Notes under the pieces: model-generated
The model's input: the letters and a program-made list of their open reading frames with translations, nothing else
Databases searched by the model: none
What the model was told of the DNA's origin: nothing
Translations under genes and position numbers: made by a program
Origin: Podarcis tiliguerta
Lineage: Eukaryota
Assembly (NCBI GenBank): GCA_965153285.1
Contig: OZ229110.1
Strand: one strand, 5' to 3'
Length of the DNA stretch: 64,000 nt
Shown: positions 49,901 to 61,660 of the stretch, piece by piece
Layout of the letters: each line of letters begins with the position of its first letter
How positions within the stretch are numbered: position 1 is the stretch's first letter

Positions 49901-52900
49901 CACTATACAAGCACTGGATTATGCAAGAATGGTCTTCTTCAGTAAAATCACTAATTGGCTATGGTGTTATCCCTACTCCTTTCCTATTATAAGTATTCTA
50001 ATGAGTGGAAACCTGAACATTCTAACACTACACAATTATACAGAATCCTCAAGACCCATAATTTTGGGAGATATGCTTAACTCCCACTCCTCCCCTGTCC
50101 CCTGAAATAATGACCTCAGGAACCTACTGCTTAGTGAATACACTCAGCAGAACATTTGGTTATTTTAGTAGAATTCTTCAATAAAGTGAAATATTAAAAC
50201 CTAATATGCCAATATCAACTACCTTGCAATATATGCGTATACGTTGCTTTATATAAAGGCAAATATCAACAGGCTTATATACATATTGCTACTTTTAAGT
50301 CACTGAACTACTTCCTGAACACCTACTGCAAACTGAGTGTTTTCCACTACATCCAGAAAATAATCAACATTTCCATTCTCATAGAATACAAAATGTAGAT
50401 GTAGAGAAGTCTCTGAACCTTAATCTGTAATACAAACTGCATCTCCTTCTACATAAAATAAGCAACTGAAATAAGCAACTATCTGTGGAATGGAAGAAAA
50501 CTTATGGTCCTTGTGAGAGCAATATAGTTTTAGATTCATCAGCAGATCCTGACTAATGAATTAAACTAGATTCAGTTGTCATGAATACTTCTGGCTACAA
50601 TTAAAAAATCGACATTCTTAATAAATGCAACGTTAGAAAAACAAGGGGACAATACCCAAGTACTGGAAGGCAATCAATACTATCCACCATTGCTCCACCA
50701 GGCCGGTTGCTTGGCCTCAAAGTCAGAAAGCTTCCTAAATCTGGAAACATGACTCCTTTATTCTTCCCAATGAAGAGTTATTGACCCCAGAGAAATAATC
50801 AAGCCATGCTGACCAAAGTACTGTACTTAGAGTCAACTTTATTTTACACAAACCAAGATGGCAATAATATGGAAGGGCATTACAGGAAGTATTTACAAAG
50901 ATTTACAATGTCTGCGTAAAGCAAAAATATATTATTTCAAAAACTCCAAGTTAAAAAAAGCTGTGTCATCTTAATTTGGAATTTTAATGTACAATAAGCT
51001 CAACTATAGTATGTTATGAGATTTGATACATTATTTTTTAAAAATATTAAGACCTTTATTCAAGATAGAGAATCTAAAGCATAATTGAAAGAAATCAATA
51101 ATCAAAAGAACTAAAAAAACACACCATGGAGAGCATGTTGAGAAGATGGATTTTGAAACATATTGCGATCTTGTCCCAATGTGGCAAAATTAATTAATTG
51201 CAAATATAGCCGAGAAACATTTCAAAAGAAAAAAACCATGATCATACAATTGCAATGACACACAATAATTAGGGACACAGAAATCTGTTATACCATCACC
51301 ACGTGAGACTTGGTGACAGCAAGTCTGGGATAATCTAATAACATTCATATTTCAAACTCAGCACGTGTCTGAATTACATTAAAAATTCACTTCATGGTCA
51401 CCAAACGGAAGCCACTTTTAGGTTTCCTTTGTGATAAATAGGAGAGTGCAATAAAGAGAACTTCAAACGTTTAACTTGTGCATGTGTTTTTCTTTATCGT
51501 ACTGGCTTGTCTGCTTTACAGTTCGCCACTTTGGGGGTTAGAGAGAGGCAGAGTGTAAATAAAATTACTGAAAACAGCAAATTTGTATTTCTCAGGCCCT
51601 TTGGGCGAGGAATCACAAAGTGGTGGAAGTCATTTACGAAGGCCTTGTCAAAAATGGTGACGTGCCATGGTTACTGTCAGGCGTTGCCATTCACCAGCGC
51701 GACCTCCTAGTGAAGATAAGATAAGCCCCTTTAAGCAGTTTTTCACAGGGAAAAGCTTGATGAGGGCTAAAAGCAGCTCTGCTTCATCTTATGATTCAGC
51801 AACAATGACTGACCTTCCTACCACAGAGAAATGGACCACAGGCACCATGACACCCCGTGGAGATAAGGGACATAGGAGCAACATGACTTTCTGCACTGAA
51901 ATTCAGTCAATTTCTAGGGCAGACCATGGAGGCCATTAAAGCGCAGCTGTGCTAAAGCTAAAGGCTGCAACTCTATAGTCAGTTGAGACTATGACAGGAT
52001 CATACAAAACGGTGGATCCTAACTGTCCAGATTAATTCTGCAAACAACAGAGGAAACTGTCCTCTTCTCCACTTACTAAGTCAGATAGTACATACAACAG
52101 CATACCTTTCACAGAAATTGACAAGCAGGGCCATCTATTATGGTTCTCCTTTGCCACCCTGGGCTCCTTTGGGAGAAAGGGTGGGATATATGTTTTATAA
52201 ATAATAATAAATGAATTATATGACCAAGAGGTAAGGCCCCAGCTGGAGCATTGCATCCAATACAGGGCACCTTACCTCTTCAGGGCTCCACAAATTCTGG
52301 AGAAGGTTCAGAGAGGAGCCGGGGGTGGTCCTAGCTATAACAGCTTCAAGAGCTTAAGCCCATTCAGTTTCAAGGGTGCCTCAAATCATGCAACATAGAA
52401 GGGGATAATAAAATCTACTTAGGCGTCACTCAGCAGCAACAGAAAAAGAAAATATACATGGACACTCCCTGGATATTCACACACATCCAAATTGTTTCTG
52501 GCTTAAAGCTCTGCTCAGGTTTCTCTAAGACCTAACCAATGCCCTGTATTTCTGCCTTGTTCCCTACTTAGCAAACGCAACCCCCATCTAAACTTACTTT
52601 TTCGAGCCTGAGCCTCAAACTGTGCAAGGTTCTGCCGGGTAGCCAACTTCACTTCCACTTTATCTCCATTGAGAATCTTCCCTGGTAGCAGCTCCAGAAG
52701 TTTGTGGACGGAGTTCTCAGAGGCAACCACCACTTCTGCGTACCTGGTCACAGAGGAAAAAGAACTGAAGACTGTCAGCAACTTCTAGTAAGGAAAACCA
52801 TCTAATCCAAGACAAGAAATCTTCCCCCACCCAAGGTCTACAAAATGTCACTGCTATGTAGCATTGGTGGGTGGGACGGGAGGAAAAATTAGACAGGGCC

Positions 52901-55216
52901 ACACCACTCCCTCTCTCACCCCCCCCCATCCTCATCTGCTCACACATATGAGCTCACATCATTACATTTATCTCTCTCGCATACACACAGATGCATTGAG
53001 GGAAAACCTCCCATTTGTTCCTATGGGAGTGCCCCCCTCCAGCAAGGGGTTTCATCCCTTTATCTCCCACTGCAGTACTTATCCAGATGAAGTTCCTGTG
53101 CCTCTTTCTGTGATAGCTTGGGAGACAGAGAGCTCGCTCCACCAGGGTTTGAAATTAGCGGGCACCAGTCACATTTTGCAATTGGCCTTTTGCAACTTGA
53201 TAGAGGTGTCCAGGCGCCACTTTTGGTGCCTAGCATCTCCATCTGTCTTTGTTTTTTGCTGCTGCCCCGCTGCCAGGTGACCCAGGTGTTTGGCAGGGTA
53301 GAGAGGTAGCTTGTCTTTTGCTGCCACACTACACTGCAGACCTCCTGAGTCACCCAGCAGCAATTTTTATTTTTATTGCTGTGGGGCTACCTGGTCGGGA
53401 GGGGGGAGCAATAAAAATGGCCCACTACACATTTTGGTTTGGCACCCACATGGCTCCTAGTATTCCTATCCCAGTTTCTAACACTGCCCTCCACAGCCAG
53501 CCCAGGAGCCAAGAACAAGAGGCTGTGGAGGCTGGATGGGAATCCTCTGACGGCCAGATGTGGTCCACAGGCCCAAGGTTCTCCCATTCCTGATTTGATT
53601 GATTTCTCAGGCCAACCCCGCTGTCCACAAGCACAGTGTCATTAACAGTGCAGAATTTTCAGCTCCACGCCCTCCAAATTAAAGCTGTCATTAAGAGCAG
53701 CAGCAAATAGCACATTGACAAGGGATCGCTCTGCAGAATTGGACAGAGCCCACCGCCTTCGTGAATCACATATAACAAGTAGTCATTTAGTTTGAAGGGA
53801 GTGGCATCCAAACCGGACAGTTACAAGGACTTCTAAGGCCACCTTAAAAAAATAGCAAGAAAACCAGACTTATATGCACACCGTTATCAACCACACTGGT
53901 CCCTAGATCATTCCTCCCACAATAACAGCCCCTCATGATGGGTCCTTTTATGAAGCAGTCTTGGAGTGCTCACCCTTTGGACTGGCCATTGGCTCTGTTC
54001 TCAGCAAACTTGAGTTCCACCACATCATAAACACCCACAGAACGGATTATTCGGGTCAGCTGCTGGTCAGTTGTCCACTATGTATGAAGAAGCAGAAAAT
54101 TACATTATAACCTGAAACCTTTTAGAGAACCCACATCATCTTATATTAGTAAGAGAACTCATCCTTCTCAAGCTCCTATATTGTTCCTGGTATAGTCTAA
54201 AGAAGGAACATTTGATTAAACCCCTCCCACTACAGTCACTTTTGGAGCTGCAGATGTGTGAGCACGTACATGTGTGAACATGTATCCTCCTAGAAGATGA
54301 AAGTTCTAGACAGACCTACGTAATTGAAGGAGCAGCAGCAGCAATCCCTTTCCCAACACATACCACAGGTATTCAAAAGAACTGCATGCACTTAGGGCAG
54401 TGATCAGTCTACATACCCTAAATCATGACACAGCAGGCCCAATATGACTTACTCAGGTACTAAGAGATTCATTCATAGAAAACTCTCATGCCAGCTACAG
54501 AAAATTTTGTGAAAATGTCTGTATCATGGCGTTTTAAGGGCCTCAATTCTACTATTATCATATTTTCTGATGTATCTTAAATGTGTTAAATCCTCTTCTC
54601 TTAAAAGTTACCCTGCTAATGCAAGAGCATCATATTCTCCAACTCTGAGATGTGCTGCTTTTTAGCATAGTACGGAATACTTGCTGGAGAAAATTCATCC
54701 ACAGTTGCTGCAGCTTATTTATTTGAAGCCACTGTTGAGTCTTTGAGAAAAGCAGGGTAAAAATGTCCTAAATAGAGCAATGTGTCATAACGAACAATGC
54801 TTCTAGTTATTTATCCAATGTGTTGTGAGGACTGAGGGTGGCAAGCAGCATAAAACCTACCCACTCACATGGGGCACTATACTCTATTAACATTAAAGAA
54901 CAGTAGTAAGATTAAAGTGCAGATGCAGCCTTTCCACACAAATGTTTTGTTTTTGTTAGGCCCTTTACTTTCTGCTCCGATTATGGAACGCACTCACCCA
55001 AGAGAAGCTGCCTACATAAACAGCAGCCCTCTTATTACGCAGCCCACTGTAGGTATACAGGATAGCAGGTGATTTGCTGTTTGGCTTAGGAGACTGCTCT
55101 TGCCGGTTTTCGGGTGGTGGCTCGGAGCTGCTAGGGCAACTTTCAGAAGGTTGTGAGCTGGCAGCTAGCACGTCGTCATATAGATCCATCTGGTCAGCAT
55201 TACTAAACTCAGAGTC
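46953..55216 (-). CDS. CPSF7: Cleavage and polyadenylation specificity factor 7 (CFIm59); first coding exon not found in the window
   Basis: Exons (minus): 55216-54998 ([26 protein letters not shown]), 54077-53974 ([20 protein letters not shown]), 52743-52598 ([19 protein letters not shown]), 48495-48093 (Pro-rich, [11 protein letters not shown]), 47684-47566 ([29 protein letters not shown]), 47477-47309 ([27 protein letters not shown]), 47121-46953 (RS/RD/RE tail ..RDRHH*). RRM + proline-rich + RS architecture. Confidence 0.96.
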
Positions 55217-58121
55217 CTAGAAGACACAAGATATCACTGAGCACACGCAGAGGCAAAGCAGAGCCAATCCTCCACATTCGTTCTTTTCGTCACAGAATAG
55301 TAGCACACCTATATCAAATAATAACTTCTAGAATTTAAGTAATAACGTAAAACCTGCTTCTCAAAAAGAAGCATGCTCTTTTTGCTAGTTGCAAGGAAGA
55401 GCAAAGAGGACTAGCTATTTCATGTAGCCCCAAGCACCCCATCATTTTCTCTGAGATGAGGAGAATGCATGTTTCACTGCCATCTATTACTGCACAAGAC
55501 GTTTTGCCTCTCCATTCTTTGTGGAGGACTGGGTAATCAAACCACATTTTTACATCCCCCCCTCCCCCAATCTACACTGCGTGCAGACCCACCTCATTTT
55601 CCTCACTGCTCCAATGAGCGGTATTTCCTTGTTGCATATATGCAGTGAAGGAGACTATCACATATAGCATAACCACCAACCTCTATAAGAGGCCACTCAA
55701 CTTGGCAGAAAGGCCTCTTGGTTTCTTTCCCTATTTTGGATTATTTGAGCAGTATCATGCTGTAGGCTGTTCATGAAAGGTGATCAGGTTGTGTCAAGAT
55801 TTATACTGAACCCCGCTAGAAATCAGCCTCTACATTTTTCTTCAGAGGAGTTAGGTATCATGCAGTATTATTTCATCCTCACAACATTTAAAGAGTCAGT
55901 ATCAGAAGCAAACAATTATACTGGAACTCTAATGATATTTCACTGGTCTTCTGAAAATGTAGTTATAGTCTACTGTGATTCACACTGCAATCCTTTGCTA
56001 GCTAAAAAAATGCACCGTAAAAGAATTCTAATGCATGAATATGCACCTTATGCACACACATGTATAATTCCTGTCAGCCTAAAGTTATCTAGAAGCTGGA
56101 ATTCAGTAACAATGGGATATAACTGTAGATATATATATATATATATAAAATAAAAAATCCAGTATTATGTAGAGTGGTATATAAACTTTTCATCTTCCCA
56201 CGCAACATAATCTGACCCAATTTGTATACACAGCGGCAGCTAGAACATAAAGCTTGCACTGCCTTTTAAAACCAGGGTTATTTTTCAGATTTTTTCCTCT
56301 TTTCCTTTATGCCAGTTTTAATATGTGTGTCTGTTTATATACTCAAAGTCGCTTTGTGTTCTTCTGATAAAAAAGCAACTAATAGATTGAATAAATAAAA
56401 CAAATACACATTACTATTACTGTAATTCACAGATTATTGTAAGGTATGGCTTCCCACCTGAAGGATTCTTCAATGTTTTAAATTAGCAAGACTGCAAAAA
56501 CTCTTGCAGGATATAAACAATCAAATTCTAACATTTGTTATGGGTCTGAATTCAACTATTTGGCCTATGTTATCAAGAACATCAGAATTCTGGCATGTAC
56601 TGGATCATGGTCACTGTCTAATTTCATATGGAAGTGCTTAACTCCACTGAAATCAGTCGAACTTTTAATCAGAGTTAGCCTGTTACATAGTTTTCAATGG
56701 GCTTTAGCCTGAGTATGCTAAATTGGATTAAAGTAAATATATTGGGATGCAGGTCACAACCATTTGTTGGTTTCATAGAACTAGTGATATGCTTGTTACA
56801 TTCCAATTATCTAGAATAAAAGAAACGGGTGTTATTTTAAACATAACAGCAGCTCCTGCTTCAAGCAAACTTTATAAAGTCAAATACTGGGAAGTCTTCA
56901 AGTAGAAAGTGGTACATGCTACAAAAAATTACTAGCAGCAGAAATAGTTTTACATAGTAGAACGAGACAAATCTGCAATAATGAATGGATATTACGCACA
57001 AGAAAAAGAAAAGTTACTACTAAACAAAATGTTATCAATTAAGAACAGCAGTGATATTAAAGGGTGATAGGAAAATCAAGTCACTTCAACATCTTCAAGC
57101 TATCAGCACTTCAAGCTATTTTTAGGATACCTCTTAAATCTGCAAAGCAGAAGATTGGAAACTTACTTATTGTTAGCTTCCTGACATCAAGAAAAATATA
57201 TTTAGATTTCCTCAGTAAAGACCACAGTACAGCTTGTGATACTCACTTTCAACTAAACTAAGACAGTAGAGGCACAAGGCCACTCTAGCCTTGTAGCAAA
57301 TACTGCCAATGCAAGGCAATGAAAAGCCCACACCATCAGAAGAATGTCCCCAATAGCCTCCAGGAACCCAAGACAGAATCACATAAGCTACAGGGGAGGA
57401 GAAAACAGTGCATATCCAGCAACACCACCCACACATATACTACAAAGTAGTTTCCTGATTAGGATCATCAGGAACAAAGGTAGTGGCTGTTGATGATGCT
57501 GTTGAAACCTTCCAAAGATCATGTTAAATGTGTTTGCAGCCATTCATGTAAGCATGACCTGCACATTCTTGGTTATCTGGTCATGTCTCACACAGGTAAC
57601 ACCTTTTATTTTATTTGCTGTATTTCTGGGCAGTTATTGAACCATGCAATAGGCCTGACACAAGAGTTCTTCCCTACACACTATACAGTATAGTCTCAAT
57701 AAATAATACAGACCTATTTATTTTCAGCAACTTCCCTGCAACACCTAGAGATTCTTTCCACTGGCCACGGTTCCCAAGGAGACAGTGCTACACGTTGTGT
57801 CTCTTCAGACTCAAACTGCATTCTTTTGATACTACAATGCTGATATCCCCCTTTTCAAGGCAAGAGGGAATTTCAGAGTTTATTCATTTCTAATTCCACA
57901 AATAGAGAATTGATGATTTGCACAGTTTCTCCCTGCATCCTAGATGGCTCTCAATTTTTTCCTTTTTTGCCAAACAATATTTATTGGAACTTGAAAAAGT
58001 GGATCAAGACCATTAGATGCAATTGGTAAACCAGAGACACAACAGCATACAATTTCTTTTTTAGCAGTATAGGAAGAGATTTGGGGTTAATTTTTGTTTT
58101 ACCCCTACCCTAGTACTTCCA

Positions 58122-58459
58122 GGAGGAGTCTCCTGAGAGTCCCATGGACTGCAAGAAAATCAAACCTCTCCGTTCTTAAGGAAATCAGCCCTAAGTGCTC
58201 ACTGGAAGGACAGATCGTGAAGCTGAGGCTCCAATACTTTGGCCACCTCATGAGAAGATAAGACTCCCTGGAAAAGACCCTGATGTTGGGAAAGATGGAG
58301 GGCACAAGGAGAAGGGGACGACAGAGGACGAGATGGTTGGATAGTGTTCTTGAAGCTACACACATGAGTTTGACCAAACTGCGGGAGGCAGTGGAAGACA
58401 GGAGTGCCTGGCGTGCTCTGGTCCATGGGGTCACAAAGAGTCAGACACGACTAAACAAC
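58122..58459 (+). mobile_element. BovB/RTE LINE 3' fragment
   Basis: Encodes an RTE C-terminus (LQYFGHLMR..LEKTLMLGKMEGTRRRGRQRTRWLD..AVEDRSAWRALVHGVTKSQTRL) with a (CAA) tail; 10-bp TSD AGTACTTCCA at 58112-58121 and 58460-58469. Confidence 0.9.
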
Positions 58460-60056
58460 AGTACTTCCAAGTGAATCAGGAACTGTTAAGACATTTTTCA
58501 GAGTGAGCTTTTGGAGTAAGAAAAAGCTCCGTATAGGAAATATGCAGCTGGAATTTCACCGGCTTCATACTTTGCTTTTCATTACTTTGGACCCTTTTCA
58601 AATTTGAAATATGACTATCTTATTTCTTTTTACAATCAGAGTAAAGCTCAATTCCATGGAAAGCCCGACCCTTTTCTTCAAAATTTAAATGCATGAGGCT
58701 TCATCAAGAGTTTCCCTTCATTTGTGGAAGGGATGGCTCCTGCTGGAGGGAGGCCGAGATGGCCATTTTTGCTGATTTCCTCCTGCTGCCACCTCCCATG
58801 AGGTTCCAAAGGGTCTTCCTCAACACCCTCGCCTCAGAGCAGTTTTTCAGGGCGCAGGAAGCATCAGTGGAGATTGCTTTTCCTTTCCTCCAATGGGAGC
58901 ACAGATTGAGCGAAGTTCTGCCTGCAGGAACTCTGGACCCAAGCCATAGTATGTGCTTCTTTACTTCTGCATGGAACACAGGCTTTGAATTCTCTACAAA
59001 TGTGTATTTTTCATGAAGCTGCATTTGCAACACATTCTTGTTTGCACTCCGAATCTGAAGAGGAAACAAATAGCTTGCTGAAAGTTTGATCAAATCTTTA
59101 GCCTACTGCCATACATTGAGATTTCCATTTCCAAAACTTGATCCTAGAACACAGTGCTGTATTCTTGGCTCAACTATTAATTTATTGTAAAAACCTATAA
59201 CCTGCCTTTAAGGTGAAAAAATGGAATCAGGGTGGTTTCCAAAACAAAGTTTCATACAATATCTAAAAACATAAAAGAGCAGCAATTCTAAAAAATAGTG
59301 GTAATGAGCAATTGTTAACATGCCAGGTCGAAGAATATAAGTAATTCCTGAAAATCACATAAAGGCACAACATTAAACAAATTAAACTGAGAGTGGGGAG
59401 AAGACAGTCAAAAGTCTTCTTAAAGAGTCATGTTTCTGCCTGCTACTTAAAAACAGTGTGAAGGCCTGACTGATCTCATTGGGTAAGGTATTTAACAAGG
59501 TGTGTGCCACAACTGAAAAGGCTCTAAGTTGACAAAGGCCTCCAGATGAATCCCTACATACAGTAAGCTCACAGGCTCTTGGTCCAATTGTTCTTGTTAT
59601 TTAGTCATGTCTTCTCTAGTTCTTCAGTGGATTCTCTTATGGACAAGAAAGCTTACAGGCAACTTTTGCATCTCTGGGTCCAAAGGTGTATTCCCACATC
59701 CATGTAATACTACTGCACTAGTGAAGTTGTGGTGTGCAAATCCTAATGCTGCTAAGATGGAAGAAAAGGAAACTAATGGAAAAAAATATGTTGCTCATTA
59801 GCATTCTATCCAAGGACCATGAGTATACATTGATAACCATCATACTACCTCATAGGAAACAGCACACACCCTCCACCGTTAGACAAGCATGAATAACCCT
59901 CCTGCCAAAACACACAGGGACAGAACTCTGAAATGAAAGGGTTAGCATATAAAGATAACCCATTGAAAAGCTATTGGAGCCAAGTTACTCTTAAACGAGG
60001 GGAAATAACATGGGCAGCAGCATCCATTACATCAGAACCCACTCCAGAGAGGATCT

Positions 60057-60253
60057 GGGACTGGGCCATAGCTGAAAGGTAGAGCATCAGCACTGCATGC
60101 AGAATATCAAAAGGTCAATCTCTGGCATACCAGATAGGGCTGGGAGATACCCTCGTCTGAAAATTCAGAGAGCCACTGCTAGTCACTGTAGACTATACTG
60201 AGCTACTGAGACAAATGGTCTGATTTAGTATAAGGCAGCTTCCCATGTTCCTC
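60057..60253 (+). mobile_element. tRNA-derived SINE with CR1-like tail (Squam2-like)
   Basis: GGCCATAGCTGAAAGGTAGAGCA head and AGTATAAGGCAGCTTCCCATGTTCCT tail; degraded minus-strand relatives at about 49670-49800 and 62985-63140. Confidence 0.6.
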
Positions 60254-60876
60254 AAGCAGAGGTTCAGGTACAGCCCCAACTGAAAAAAAGAGCATAGCTA
60301 ATCATCATACTCTTGAACAAGCACATGGAATCACAAGGTGCCACACACCAAACACGTAACCAGACTCAGTACATAAACTATTCTGGAATACATGTAAATA
60401 TGAGCTCTATGCACACAACCTGATCAGACTGGTCGGACAGATCATGAACTGGGAATTCAGCATCTAATGTGAAGACAGTTCCCTGCTATCCATAGTGGGG
60501 AAAACACGTGATAACTTGACAAGTTTTGCACCATGGAAAGGAGCCCTACTCCTACACAAATGGAACATTTACACCTGCACATAGCTCACATCTGTCAAAA
60601 CCATTGTGGTGGTGCAACTCTGCACTTGTGTAGCAGCCAGAGATGTCACAACTATGGCTATGGGTGAGATTCAAATAAGAAAAAGAAAGGAAGAAAGAGC
60701 AGGTGCCCAATGTTTACTATGTTTTCAGGCTCTCCAGAAGCAGCCTGTCTCATTGCTCAGTACACAAACAGCTAAGAAGTTCAACTCCTGTACTTACAAA
60801 AGGAGATGCACACTAGTAAGCAGGTTCCCATGAAAGGTAAGCAATGTGGGGAATAAGCCATACATAGTAGCAAATA

Positions 60877-61135
60877 CCGTATTTTTTGCTCTATAAGACT
60901 CACTTTTTCCCTCCTAAAAAGTAAGGGGAAATGTGTGTGCGTCTTATGGAGCGAATGCAGGCTGCACAGCTATCCCAGAAGCCAGAAGAGCAAGAGGGAT
61001 CGCTGCTTTCGCTACGTAGTGATCCCTCTTGTTGTTCTGGCTTCTGAGAGTCAGAATATTTTTTCCCTTGTTTTCCTCCTCCAAAAACTAGGTGCGTCTT
61101 ATGGTCTGGTGCGTCTTATAGAACGAAAAATACGG
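60877..61135. mobile_element. Tc1/mariner(pogo)-type MITE, same family as 167-578
   Basis: TIR CCGTATTTTTTGCTCTATAAGAC ... GTCTTATAGAACGAAAAATACGG; TA duplication. Confidence 0.85.
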
Positions 61136-61381
61136 TAACCCACCACAAAACACCACCATCCAAGTTGAAGTTGCTATCCTCAGCCAGAGTACGCCCCCCC
61201 ACCTGCCCCCAGGGAAGCTCCATCCATGTATACAGTGAAGAAATGGGGAGTACATTTTCACTATTCTTCTTATCCTGCAACAGATCAAGTGTGGCTGACG
61301 ACATCATCGGCAATACATGATGAAGAAGCAACTATAGGCCTCTAAATACTGTTCTTTCTTTCTCACCATGTACACTGATGT

Positions 61382-61660
61382 GGTCACATTCAAATCATAC
61401 ATTTAAAGCACTCTTGAGGTGCTGAAAGTTGTTAGGAGACTCCTATTCCCTTCCCATAACTTCAATTCCTAGAGTTCCCTATGAAGAGGGGCTGATTGTT
61501 AAACCACTGTGGGAACTGTGGTAGCTCTGTGAGGGGAATGGGGATTTCCTAACAATTCTCAGCATGCTTAATAAACGACAGCTCCCAGAATTCTTTGGGA
61601 GAAGCCATGACAGTTTAAAGTGGTATCATAGTACTTTAAAAGTATGCCGCGAATGTGGCC
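61382..61660. mobile_element. Hairpin-like non-autonomous DNA element
   Basis: Imperfect inverted termini GGTCACATTC..CATACATTTAAAG / CTTTAAAAGTATG..GAATGTGGCC, with internal inverted segments. Confidence 0.5.

Noticed and set aside
61116-61331. 71-aa minus-strand ORF in the CPSF7 intron
   Set aside because: No convincing splice sites or homology, and it runs into a MITE.
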